Part shown: positions 13,001-22,926 of the stretch, in pieces | Layout of the letters: each line of letters begins with the position of its first letter | Position numbering within the stretch: the first letter of the stretch is position 1 | DNA from: Mytilus trossulus | Taxonomy: Eukaryota | NCBI RefSeq assembly: GCF_036588685.1 | Contig: NC_086378.1 | Span: forward strand, 44,082,001 to 44,146,000 | Direction: 5' to 3' | Length of the DNA: 64,000 nucleotides | Program-made: the position numbers and the translations under genes | Notes under the pieces: generated by a model | What the model saw: the letters and a program-made list of their open reading frames with translations, nothing else | What the model was told of the DNA's origin: nothing | Database searches by the model: none

Positions 13001-15774
13001 CATACGTATACCAATTTGGTAACCAGTTGATATATACTATTACCACATCAAGGGTACGTTAACAACCAAAATAATTTTTTTATGAGGAGGTTAAACAAAT
13101 GACTGACTTAAATTGTAAACATGCACTGATTATACACAATAGAATCAAGAAACAAGCAGAATTGCTTATTGTGTATTTTACACTTACGATTGAAATTTCG
13201 TAAAATCAAATACCAAAACGACCAAATTCTTAAAATATCTACTAAATATACCACTTTGATATTTTTATCTATGTCATAGTACTCAGTTTCAGTCTTTTTT
13301 TAAACACAGTTCTATAATTGTTTAATTGAATTTTATGTTTTAATTTATTGAAATCGGTAGAAAATCGACTGTTCCAGTCGAGAGAGATTATGAATTCGGA
13401 TAACCCTGCCCATGTTTTACAAGCACAAGCTATGATGAGATATGTGTACGATGCATCAAGTAGTCAAGCTGAATCAACTAGGAATGATCAAAGTAATATA
13501 TTTTTATAAATTCAATATTTCAGGTCTTGATTTCAATTACAATGAACAGGACTAACCTTCATATTAATGTCTGTGTCGTAAACATCGAAGTAGGTTTTTT
13601 ATTCGCTCGTCCTTGTTCTTCCGTCCATCAATCCCTTTTCCCGACTATCTATTGGTTTGTCCATTCGTCTGAAAGACTTTTGATAAAACAAAAACTATCG
13701 GTAAAATTGTGTTAAATAGAAGCGAGTCAATTTATATTTACTCTACAGCTTACTACTGTTGAGTTTTAGCAGGTGTATCTGTCGTACAACAACTTTATTT
13801 TTTCGAAAGTTTAAACACTTATATTACAATTTTTTTTGTCATTGCACTTTTCTTTTCTGCTATTATACAACGGAATGATTTTATATTTTGTGTGTAGCAT
13901 CATAAAGATGGTCGTAGCGAGTAAGCAACATCTGCCGCCCAGTCATTTCTTGCTTGCAGGTATTTTACAATTTGACTACACTACACTTATGATTCATAAC
14001 GCATTTTATGTTAAACAATTTTATTCAGTGACACAGGTCTAGACACGTTACCTGTCTTGTGTAAAACTAGATGTAGTGGTAATTTAAATCAATCGAATAT
14101 AATTTAACGAATGTTCATACCGGATTTGTTATCTAGATTACTAATCAACACGACGGGTGCCACATGTGGAACAGGATCTGCTTACCCTTCCGGAGCACCT
14201 GAGATCACCCCTAGTTTTTTGTCGGGTTCGTGTTGTCTATTCTTTAGTTTTCTATGTTGTGTCATGTGTACTATTGCTTGTCTGTTTGTCCTTTACATTT
14301 TTATACGCCCGTCAAAATTTTGACGAGCGTAATTATGTCGCACCGTAACTTGAGAACGACTTATCCAAATTTCATGAAACTTAATATAGTTGTTTCTTAT
14401 GATGGTCAAATGATCTGTATACTTTTTGGTGAAAATTAGATTTAAACTTTTTGATTTACGGCACTTTGTAACTAAAACAGGGGTGTGTTTTTTCACATTT
14501 CGCACTGTATCTCAAAAACGATTCTTGATTATGGCTTAAAACTTTAAACACTTCTTAGTTATATTAATCCTAATATCTGTATACTTTTTGTTGATGATTC
14601 AAAATTTAATTTTTGAGTTATTGAGTATTTTGTAAAAAAGTGGGAGAGTTTTTTTAAAAGGCGCGCCATATCTCAAAATCGATTTATGATTATTGCTACA
14701 AACTTTACACATGTCTTTGTTATATTAATCTTAAGATCTGTATACTTTTTAATGATGATTCAAAATTTTATTTTTGAGTTATTGAGTATTTTGTTCCTGT
14801 TGCGCCGTATCTAAAAAATAATTTATGATTATTGCTTAAAAGTTTACACACTTCTTTGTTATATTAATCTAAAGATCTGTATACTTTTTGGTTTTGATTC
14901 AAAATTTTATTTTAGTGATATTTAGTTTTTTGTAAAAAAAACCCACCAGGGTGGGGGTTTCTCGCCGTGTCTCAAAAACTATATATGGTTATTGCTTAAA
15001 ACTTTCTCAGAAACTATTTATGATTATTGCATATAACTTCCACAAAAGACGTCGGGCGTATCATGCGCTCATGACGCAGCTGTCTATTAGCCATGGCGTT
15101 GTCAGTTTTTTTTCAATTTATGAGTTTGACTGTATGTCCCTCTCTCTTTTTTCTTTAAGTAATATTTCTCCTTCTGAACAGATGGAAGAAAAAAAAATCC
15201 GAATCTTCCGAAATCCTCCACTATATAGACACTTTAAACTAAGGACAAACACGCTCAAGGACCTGAATAGATCTAGGTGGTAAGATACCACTTCCTTAAC
15301 AAAATCAAGATCAAGTTCTAAAATGCACAGATTTCATTATAACATCGAAGCGACTGGCTAAGATGTTGAACTTAAGATTCTGTTTATGTCGTCGGATGCC
15401 GTCTCCTTAATGTTACTGCAGCTCTGTTTGATGGTTTTCATTCATCAGCACCTTTGTGTTTGGAAGAAGTTTACTATGACGCCATAATTGTATAACATCA
15501 AATTTCGTAGGCCTACACACAATAATTTGAATTAATTTGTTTTACAGATTATCTATCTGGATCACATCTGAATTACTCAGATGTAGTCTTTAAAACAGGA
15601 GCTTCGTCCCATTCAAACATTATACATGGAGTTAATGACAAAACAATCTACTCAGAGATCGATCTAGCACAAAGTACCAGCTTCAATAATGACGGTAGTG
15701 ATACGAGTAGCGATGACGACTTTATTTATATAGATGGAATTGTAAATATGGAGAAAAAAAATGAAATAAAATAA
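684..15774 (+). CDS. Gene 1 (5' end not identified, probably upstream of window): Ig-like domain type-I membrane receptor with cytoplasmic ITIM+ITSM. Exons 684-1022, 2040-2141, 6092-6119, 6364-6395, 7856-7987, duplicated set 11598-11625, 11869-11900, 13361-13492, last exon 15548-15774
   Basis: Every exon has AG/GT boundaries. Phases chain (1-1, 1-1, 1-2, 2-1, 1-1, 1-stop) into one open frame ending at TAA 15772-15774. The frame contains an Ig-like strand pattern, a hydrophobic TM segment followed by KK, and Tyr motifs. Confidence 0.8.
1405..1910 (+). repeat. Dispersed repeat, 3' tail of the Penelope-like family also at 3380-5922; serves as empty-site reference for the MITE at 4329
   Basis: Aligns by eye to 4080-4328 joined to 5724-5922. 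Confidence 0.65.
2040..2141 (+). CDS. Gene 1 exon: transmembrane helix
   Basis: ttcag|AAAGT..AAAG|gtaatt. Translation ESTRGKYQDVE-IVIAALAVLFILAFGMAVVYW-KK. Confidence 0.8.
3380..5922 (+). mobile_element. 5'-truncated Penelope-like (probably Naiad-type) retroelement: RT C-terminus plus 3' tail, interrupted by a Harbinger MITE
   Basis: Degraded frame NFPHLSSNIPTSPAYGIYISQLI...RKLINQG...FLKKFIGRYQD at 3380-3630. Confidence 0.55.
4329..5723. mobile_element. Non-autonomous PIF/Harbinger-like DNA transposon (1395 bp)
   Basis: Imperfect ~37-bp TIRs (tatcccagtcccactag / ctagtgggactggggca). TAA TSD at 4326-4328 and 5724-5726, confirmed by the empty site near 1705-1716. CGATC/CACG/CGTAG-rich subterminal repeats. 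Confidence 0.85.
6092..7987 (+). CDS. Gene 1 cytoplasmic exons, copy 1 (6092-6119, 6364-6395, 7856-7987)
   Basis: 28+32+132=192 nt. Translation ANNKDKSTLSPTEDPGEETQENRLFQSREIMNSDNPAHVLQAQAMMRYVYDASSSQAESTRNDQ. Canonical splice sites. Confidence 0.65.
8795..9547 (+). mobile_element. HINE/DINE-1-like (Helentron-associated) element, 3'-truncated by the duplication junction
   Basis: 5' tttttatacgcccgtc sub-terminal repeat and internal ~120-bp tandem repeats; ends at the junction GAC. Confidence 0.6.
9835..11229. mobile_element. Duplicated copy of the Harbinger-like element
   Basis: Same TIRs and TAA TSD, inside duplication copy 2. Confidence 0.85.
11598..13492 (+). CDS. Gene 1 cytoplasmic exons, duplicated copy 2 (11598-11625, 11869-11900, 13361-13492)
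   Basis: Same exon sequences and splice sites as copy 1, offset ~5505 bp. Confidence 0.6.
14298..15084 (+). mobile_element. HINE/DINE-1-like element, complete copy, inserted in a T-run of a retroelement tail
   Basis: atacgccc...gggcgtat sub-terminal inverted repeat, 3' hairpin tgcgctcatgacgca, internal tandem repeats. The host repeat resumes at tagccatggcgttg. Confidence 0.65.
15548..15774 (+). CDS. Gene 1 last coding exon with ITIM (LNYSDV) and ITSM (TIYSEI)
   Basis: tttacag|AT TAT CTA... Translation NYLSGSHLNYSDVVFKTGASSHSNIIHGVNDKTIYSEIDLAQSTSFNNDGSDTSSDDDFIYIDGIVNMEKKNEIK*. Confidence 0.8.
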
Positions 15775-16160
15775 ACGTCGACAGACGTGCTGAAAAGACC
15801 ACTGCAATTTTATGTTAGGGAGTTAAATCTGTTTCTAATTTTAATTTATGAATGTATATAATATGTGCTTTTTATAAATGATTTTTAAAACAGTGTAAAT
15901 GGCTTAAGTGGGTAAAGTGAAAGTGATTTTCATTTTTTGTATATTTTTTCTGTTTTTTTTCTTTTTGTTTAATATAAGGTTAAACGTACATTTCAATCAT
16001 TAGTTAACATACATTATAGCTGTGACATTGGTCCGTCTTACATTGTAGAAAATGGAAAATGTACTGAATGATAAATGAAAAGGCGAAAATAATAATAACA
16101 ACATTACATTAGAACGACTTACAATGTATACACTGTGTAATAATACTATTATTTTGTGTT

Positions 16161-16745
16161 TTATTAGGGCCCCGCCGATTGACGGCCACCCTATAGTGAT
16201 CAGTCTATCCATCCTTCCGTGTGTTCGTCCGTCTGTCTGTAATACATACTGTGCGCTCTATATCTAGAGAAGCTTTGTAATTTCATACTTTATACTTGAC
16301 ATGTATATTAAGCAACACCCACAGGTGTTTGTTCAACTTCCTAGGTCAAAGGTCAAGATAAAAAACTTTGGTTTCAGATGACAATCCATGTCCTACGGGA
16401 AAGACTGTGCCTTCTCTATATCTTGAGAACCTAAATGATTTCAAAGTTTATACTTAACATGTACTAGTACATTAATCATTACCAGTGGGTTTTTCATAAC
16501 GTATGTACAACTTATAAGTGTTGTATCCGCTCTATTTCATGAGAACCATTATGATTTCAAAGTTTATACTTAACATGTACTGGTATATTAACCAGTACCA
16601 GAGGGCGAGTCATAATTTATGTACAATTTCTTAGGACAATGATCAAGGTCAAACGCTTTCGTGTCAGTTGAAAACCCAATGATCTATGGAAAAGATAAAA
16701 AACAATTACCACACGTTATTCACAGCGGAGCCCTCTGAAAGATAT
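16161..16745 (+). mobile_element. Degraded HINE/pearl-like element
   Basis: ttattagggccccgc...gcggagccct inverted ends, ccgtctgtctgt microsatellite, internal ~120-bp repeats. Confidence 0.45.
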
Positions 16746-16750
16746 AAAGT

Positions 16751-17476
16751 TTTATTCTGCAATTGGGTGTCCTACTATACAGATACAGCCCTACATAAAT
16801 CGCTATGCTGTATCTGTATACTATACAGATATCGATTTAAAGCTCCGCCCACTGGCGGACTGAGTATTGTTTGAACCTGTGTGACCTCAGAATGTGTATT
16901 CTATATGAATTAATTGCATTCCAATGACGATGACAATTGTCGATTTCAAAACTTGAATGTGTATGATTGTGTTACAAAATCAACCATGTCAATTTCAGCA
17001 TGCAGGTTAAGTGAATGTCAAGTCTGAAGCGTAGGACAACTCATACACTTCTGTTACAAATTTGACAATGTTTTGTTATTTGTTTTTACTGTTGAAATTA
17101 GTTGTAATGTTATAATAGATAATTATTCACCTTAAACGATGTATTATTGATGACCATTCGAGATTCTTTTTTGCGAACCCGTCTTCAGCGTAATGTGTGA
17201 TTTTGATATTACTACGCGGGCCTCAAGGGATAATCCCGATTACAAATGGAAAATAAATGCTAAATATGTTAGTTTTTGTGTCTTTTAAAACACAAACAAA
17301 ATGCAGAATTAATTGCAGGATAAAGACAATAACCGTTTAGTGTCTTTAAATATCAGCTGTATTTGTACTCGGCTCGAAACATGTGAAGTAGCTCGCTAAA
17401 AGCTCGCATACACCTTGTTTCCTAGCCTCGTACAAATACAGCTGATATTTAAAGACACTAAACAGTTATTGTCTAT
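16751..17476 (+). mobile_element. Unclassified non-autonomous element with a ~150-bp terminal hairpin; second copy at 56811-57527 in opposite orientation
   Basis: High-identity reverse-complement match between the two loci; palindrome at 17323-17476. Confidence 0.8.
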
Positions 17477-19452
17477 ATCATACTGTAGGCTTAATATCAA
17501 CATTAGTTTGTTGTGTTTTTTGTTCGTATATCAGTAACATGCTATTTTAATGTATATATGACAAACAGATTAGAAATTATTTGAAAACATAAGGTGTTGC
17601 TAGAGATTTCCATTATCATAAATTTATCAGTACAAGTCACTTCTACAATATCAAGCGCTAAATTTCTAAAATTTATTTTTAATTTTTTTAAGAACAAACT
17701 AAAAATTGTTAAGTTTTTCGAATAGTTCAAAAGTCAATTAAAAGTAAAGCCAAAAAAAAAGAAAAAAAAGAGGAAATAATTTCAAATCATTCCGCAGGAA
17801 AAAAACTAAAGAAAGTAAGAAAATTCATATGTCGGGCAAACAAAAAGTAAAAAATATCTCAACAGTCACCAGAAAAAAAAACTTAATAGAAAAATAAGTC
17901 GCTGTCTGCATGTTTTCTTGACAGGTTTATCAAAGAAGACAGCAAACCAACAAAACATTAAAACCAATAAAGACGTCTAAAGTTTATACTGTTTGCCACG
18001 CTCTAAATCTAAATCATAATTTATAAATTTGTTGCATGCAAAGGCCAACATATACGAAAAACACACAATGATTGATCGAGCTCATGTTTTTTCATTATTT
18101 CCATTATGAATTAAGATAATGAATATTTCATTATAAAGAAAAAAGGTAATGGACGTGCTACAACATGTTGTAGTGTTTAACATATTATTGTTCTGTAGAT
18201 GTCCTAACTAAACTAATTTTAATAAAGATGATATACGAATAAAAAGAATAACGATGATATTTCAAAACTCTGGTACAAACATATGTTAATAAATTAAAAC
18301 CAGTCATATGTTCAAACTGAGTGCTCGATGAATAAAAACCTTTTGGTATTTATTTTGTTATAACTTATCAATTTGAACTCAAAAGCGTCTTGTCCTGAAA
18401 GAGATGCGTATTTTATTGATTAATGAAAGATAACTCTTCAGTGATTTTTTAGGTCAAAATATTTAAAAATCTAAATCCTTGTCGATAAAATGTAATCAGA
18501 ATAGGTTATCAATATGTTGTGTTTGAATTTGACTAAATCATTGTCAGTCAATTTGAATTCATTTATCAATAGAAATTTTATCAATTACAAGGACAAGTAT
18601 TTACATATATTTCCTAGTTAAATTTTCAATGTGGATTTAGTACATAATTACTGCACACTTATAGGTTCATAATTATTAGTTTGAATAATTATTAAATGAT
18701 TAGTTGTGAGATTTTTTTTACTTTTTATAAAGCGTATCAAATGCATCTGGAATGCGGATGATGTTTTATTTAATTGATAAGTAGAAAACAAATCATTGTC
18801 CATCAACATAAACAAACCTGTAATCATATATTTTACCAACCAAATTACCTTTCTAGAATAGAGATGATTTTGATTTACAAAGCAGCAACAATAGTTAAGG
18901 GGTTATCAACATTTTTAGAGATTTAGTCATTTAATTTTGAAAAAAGGTGGTCATATTTGCAATCAACTCGGTCAAAGTATTGTTTTGTCTTTTATATTAA
19001 CTACACATCATGTATAGTCCTTTGTACCTACTTTGTATCTACTAGACACCTTTCGAACATTTTCACGAGATAATGATAAACATGTCTCCAAATCCAATAA
19101 AATGTGTTTGCACATGCTTATTTTGACTACTGCAGAATAATTGATTTAATTAAATTGACATGCATTTAATATATTTCATTAACATAAAACATTTCCAAAC
19201 TCTTAAATGATGCACGTGTTGTTCATAATGCATGTATTATATCTATAATGTGTTGCAATTCGAAATTGACATATGTGACCTAGGTACGACAACCGTTCAT
19301 GCTGGCTGTTTAAAACTCCTTCCTCAGAAAATCCCATTGTCACTCGTTTGCGTTTACAAACAAAAAAGGATGTTCATGGGAGAGCCTACGCAAACGCCTT
19401 ACACTTATACACATCGGACATAGAAATTAATTCAATTGTCCTTATCAGTATA

Positions 19453-19611
19453 GAAATAATTGTTGCAAGCTATACTTTATTGTAGTTTTAACATGGGAAA
19501 GCTTTATATGCGCTCTATTTAAGACCTAACTATTACTAGGGCAAAATGAAAACGAATATAATGACTACCCATGTTAAAACTACAATAAAATATAGCTTTC
19601 ATCAATTATTT
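19453..19611. repeat. Short palindromic (hairpin) element
   Basis: gaaataattg..aagctata.tttattgtagttttaacatggg / cccatgttaaaactacaataaa.tatagctt..caattatttc. Confidence 0.65.
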
Positions 19612-20339
19612 CATTAAAATATACTGTACTTGATTTTTACGTTCTATATTATAAAGTTCTCATATATTGGAATGGCGAAGTGATACTTGATAACAAAAGT
19701 ACATGGACTTTCTTAAAAAGTAAATCCTTAATCTTATCGAAATCCTTTGCAATGTACTGCTATTGAGTAATTACCTCTCGTTAAAGCTTCGTCAACCAAC
19801 AGCGTAAGGGAACCAGGATTCAAATTTTGTAAGCCAGACGCGCGTTTCGTCTTGTATTCTACATTATCTTATAACAGAGAGATAATAGTTTATTAGCAAT
19901 TGTTCCTAGTTATAATTTCATAAATAACAAATCAAGAGATACGGTATGGGTTTTTCTCGTAATTTAAGCTCATACAAAAACCTATAATTGTTAAATTCTA
20001 CGTCATTTTGTCTCATTGCCAATTATACTACATGTTGGTTCTTATTTTATATTTATATCATTTGCCTCACGATCGTTTTGCTTTATTACGCAACCTCCTG
20101 GATTTAAAATATCAAATCTAGACATATTTAGTCATTCTCTTTTTAACGGTATTTTGTTTTGTTTAATTATTAAAAAATCCGACTTCTTGCCAAAACAATT
20201 TCAATAGTTCTATTGTGCTTGAATTCGACGCAATCATCCTGAGTCATCAATTCATTTATCAATACACATTTTATCAATATAACATAAACAATTATTTACA
20301 TATACTTCCTAGATGAATAACATTAACGGTATCAATTTT

Positions 20340-20386
20340 CTGCACCAGATGCGCATTTCGACAACAATGTGTCTTCAGTGATGCTC
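20340..20386 (-). ncRNA. Degenerate type I hammerhead ribozyme motif (second family)
   Basis: Reverse complement gagcatca-CTGAAGA-cacattgttgtc-GAAA-tgcgca-TC-tggtgc; first stem II pair is a C-C mismatch. Confidence 0.5.
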
Positions 20387-20662
20387 GAGGCCAAAATATG
20401 TAAATGTAGATAAAGTTACTATAGACATTTAGTACATTCGTATAGGCGCTTTAAGGTTCAAAATTATTTATCTGTAAATTAATTAAAGTAACAGTTTTGA
20501 TGAAATGTTTTCGTTTTTTGTTCAAGTTATAAACTGGGTCTTGAATGAGGATGATGCTTTAAAATCGTGCCGAAAATGTTAAGCCTATCACTGTTGATCA
20601 CAAGTTCAAGGTTGTATTTGAAAAGTCCAATGTTGTAGATGTTAATCCCCAGTATGTGACTT

Positions 20663-20685
20663 TATATATATATATATATATATAT
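20663..20685. repeat. (TA)n microsatellite
   Basis: About 11 TA units. Confidence 0.9.
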
Positions 20686-22429
20686 CATATCACTGGTTGT
20701 ATATTCTTTTCTCTCACTCAGGCAATGCGTTATATATGGACCTTTAATGTTGTATTAACACTCTAATTTCGTTCTCGGTCAACAAATAGTATCTCAACAT
20801 ATAACAATTTGACCTCGTCAAAAGTTCATTATCACACAATCTTTGAGACCGTCGTTAACCAATCAAACTAATTATAATAGTTCATTACCAAAACAGTAGT
20901 TTTTTTATTTCTACTTAATTTTGTGCATAACACTTGTAATATTGTGAACAATTTAGTAATTTTTAAATCTTTTCAGAATTAATACATGTTTTATGCATTT
21001 ATTCATTTCAATGATGTTAATGACAGCTTTGTTAGACAAACTATAATATCAACAGTGTAATCAGAGTATTCTATCAATATATTTATTTTTGAATTGGACC
21101 AAATAACTCTCAAGCTACTATTTTCTTTTATAAAGGACATTTGTTTTTGACTTTATTGGAATTTAACTGCCTTAAATCATCTTCTTTTCTATAATACTGT
21201 ACAAGTAACGGTGACATGACTCTAACATTTCAGCAAGACAACCTGCAGTTGGATAAATCAAAACAAAAAATAATTTCACGTACTGAATATACTGCTAAAC
21301 TTTAATTTCACAGTGTTTGGTGTAGATACAATTATCTGTCACATTGCATGTAACGTATAAAAAGTGAAACCAAAAAGTACATCATGCTAAATGAAAACAC
21401 AGGAGGGTGGTGCAATTTTTGCGTTATTACAAGGCTACATAGAAAGCTACTTCAGCATAACAGTCAATGGCTACATTCATCCTCATTGAAAAGAAAACAT
21501 TAAAAGGAAAAACACATTATTTTGATATCAATACTTATACTTTGTTTTAGAGACCATACAATCAAATTAATAAAAAATTTGAATTCATGAATTTTATTAC
21601 AGACCGATGCCTTTACTGAAACAAAATTATTGAAGTATAATATATGTTTACCTTTACCTTCTTGGTCTATGTATCATATAACAAGAAGATGTGGTATGAT
21701 TGCTAATGAGACAACTGTCCACAAGAGACAAAAGTGACACAGAAATCAACAATTTTAATTCACCGTACGGCCTTCAACAATTAGCAAAGCCTACACATCA
21801 TTATCAGCTATAAATACTATAATGTCTGCATTTCAAGTCTTGTCCTTTATGTAGTTTTCGTGGGTAATATAAAAAAAGTTATAACAGATGGACAGATGAA
21901 TACTGTGACATGTACTATATTCGACATAAGCTTGCATTTAATTCACAACTTTTATTGTTTGTAATAATAAATTTTAGTATTATTGTGAAAAATGTTCATG
22001 TAGGTTTAGTAGATTATAGTCTTGGATTGTCACGTTATTATTGTAAAAATATTTTTTTGAATGATAACTATGTTTATAATGGTTTTTAAATCTTTTGATT
22101 ATATATACATATAGATTTCTCAATGATGTTTAAATGACTGCTATGTGCAAATACTGTTTTGAAGATTTATTCAAAAGTGTAATCAGAGAAGGTTATCAAT
22201 ATATGTTATATTTTGAATAATACCAAATAATTCATAAATAACTATTGCTGTCGTTAACGACATTATTTCTCATTGGCTTAAATGTTTCGTATCAATACTT
22301 CCTAGTTGAGTCACGTTTTATAAAGTCATGCGTCTTAAATCTAATTCAAAGCATTTCATTGAATCTTTGTTATTAATTCAATTAATAAAAACTGTTGTAA
22401 AATCTTTTGTAAACTGTAATTAAAAAAAA

Positions 22430-22852
22430 TAAGATATCAGTTAAACAATTAGTATTTGGATACAAAATATCAGATAAAGGTTATTATGGTTTTAACTATT
22501 TTTTGACAGTTTTAGGTTTTTGCATTTTCAAGTCATACTATGTTTCAGAGCAAAAATTGAAATATATAGATGTGTATGAATTCTTTATAAATGAATTAAG
22601 AAGGGTTATGAAGGAAAGCAAAATAATTTCTCAAAATGTATTTTTCATAAATTTGAAGAAATTGATTTAATAGAATAAGTTGAAAATATTGTAATAGTTT
22701 ATGTAATATTGTTTATTATATTCTGAGTATGTTCCTGGCAACTCAGAAGTTTTTTCACAGGAATACTCCACTGGCACTTGGACAGTGAAGTATAATTGTA
22801 ACAAGATATCTTTAGAATAAAGACTATATTTGTTGTTAAAAAAAAAAAAAAA
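22430..22852 (+). mobile_element. 3' fragment of an L1/Tx1-like LINE with poly(A) tail
   Basis: Open frame KQLVFGYKISDKGYYGFNYFLTVLGFCIFKSYYVSEQK..., then AATAAA and an A15 tail. Confidence 0.5.
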
Positions 22853-22926
22853 GTTTTGATTGGACAGAAGAACAAATATTATTTTTATTCTCCATTGATA
22901 ATTAATAATTATAAAATACCCGGGTC

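Larger units (their letters stand above)
9545..15050 (+). repeat. 5.5-kb tandem segmental duplication, copy 2
   Basis: Junction cacaaaa-GAC-tagttt at 9545-9547 with 3-bp microhomology. Confidence 0.95.
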
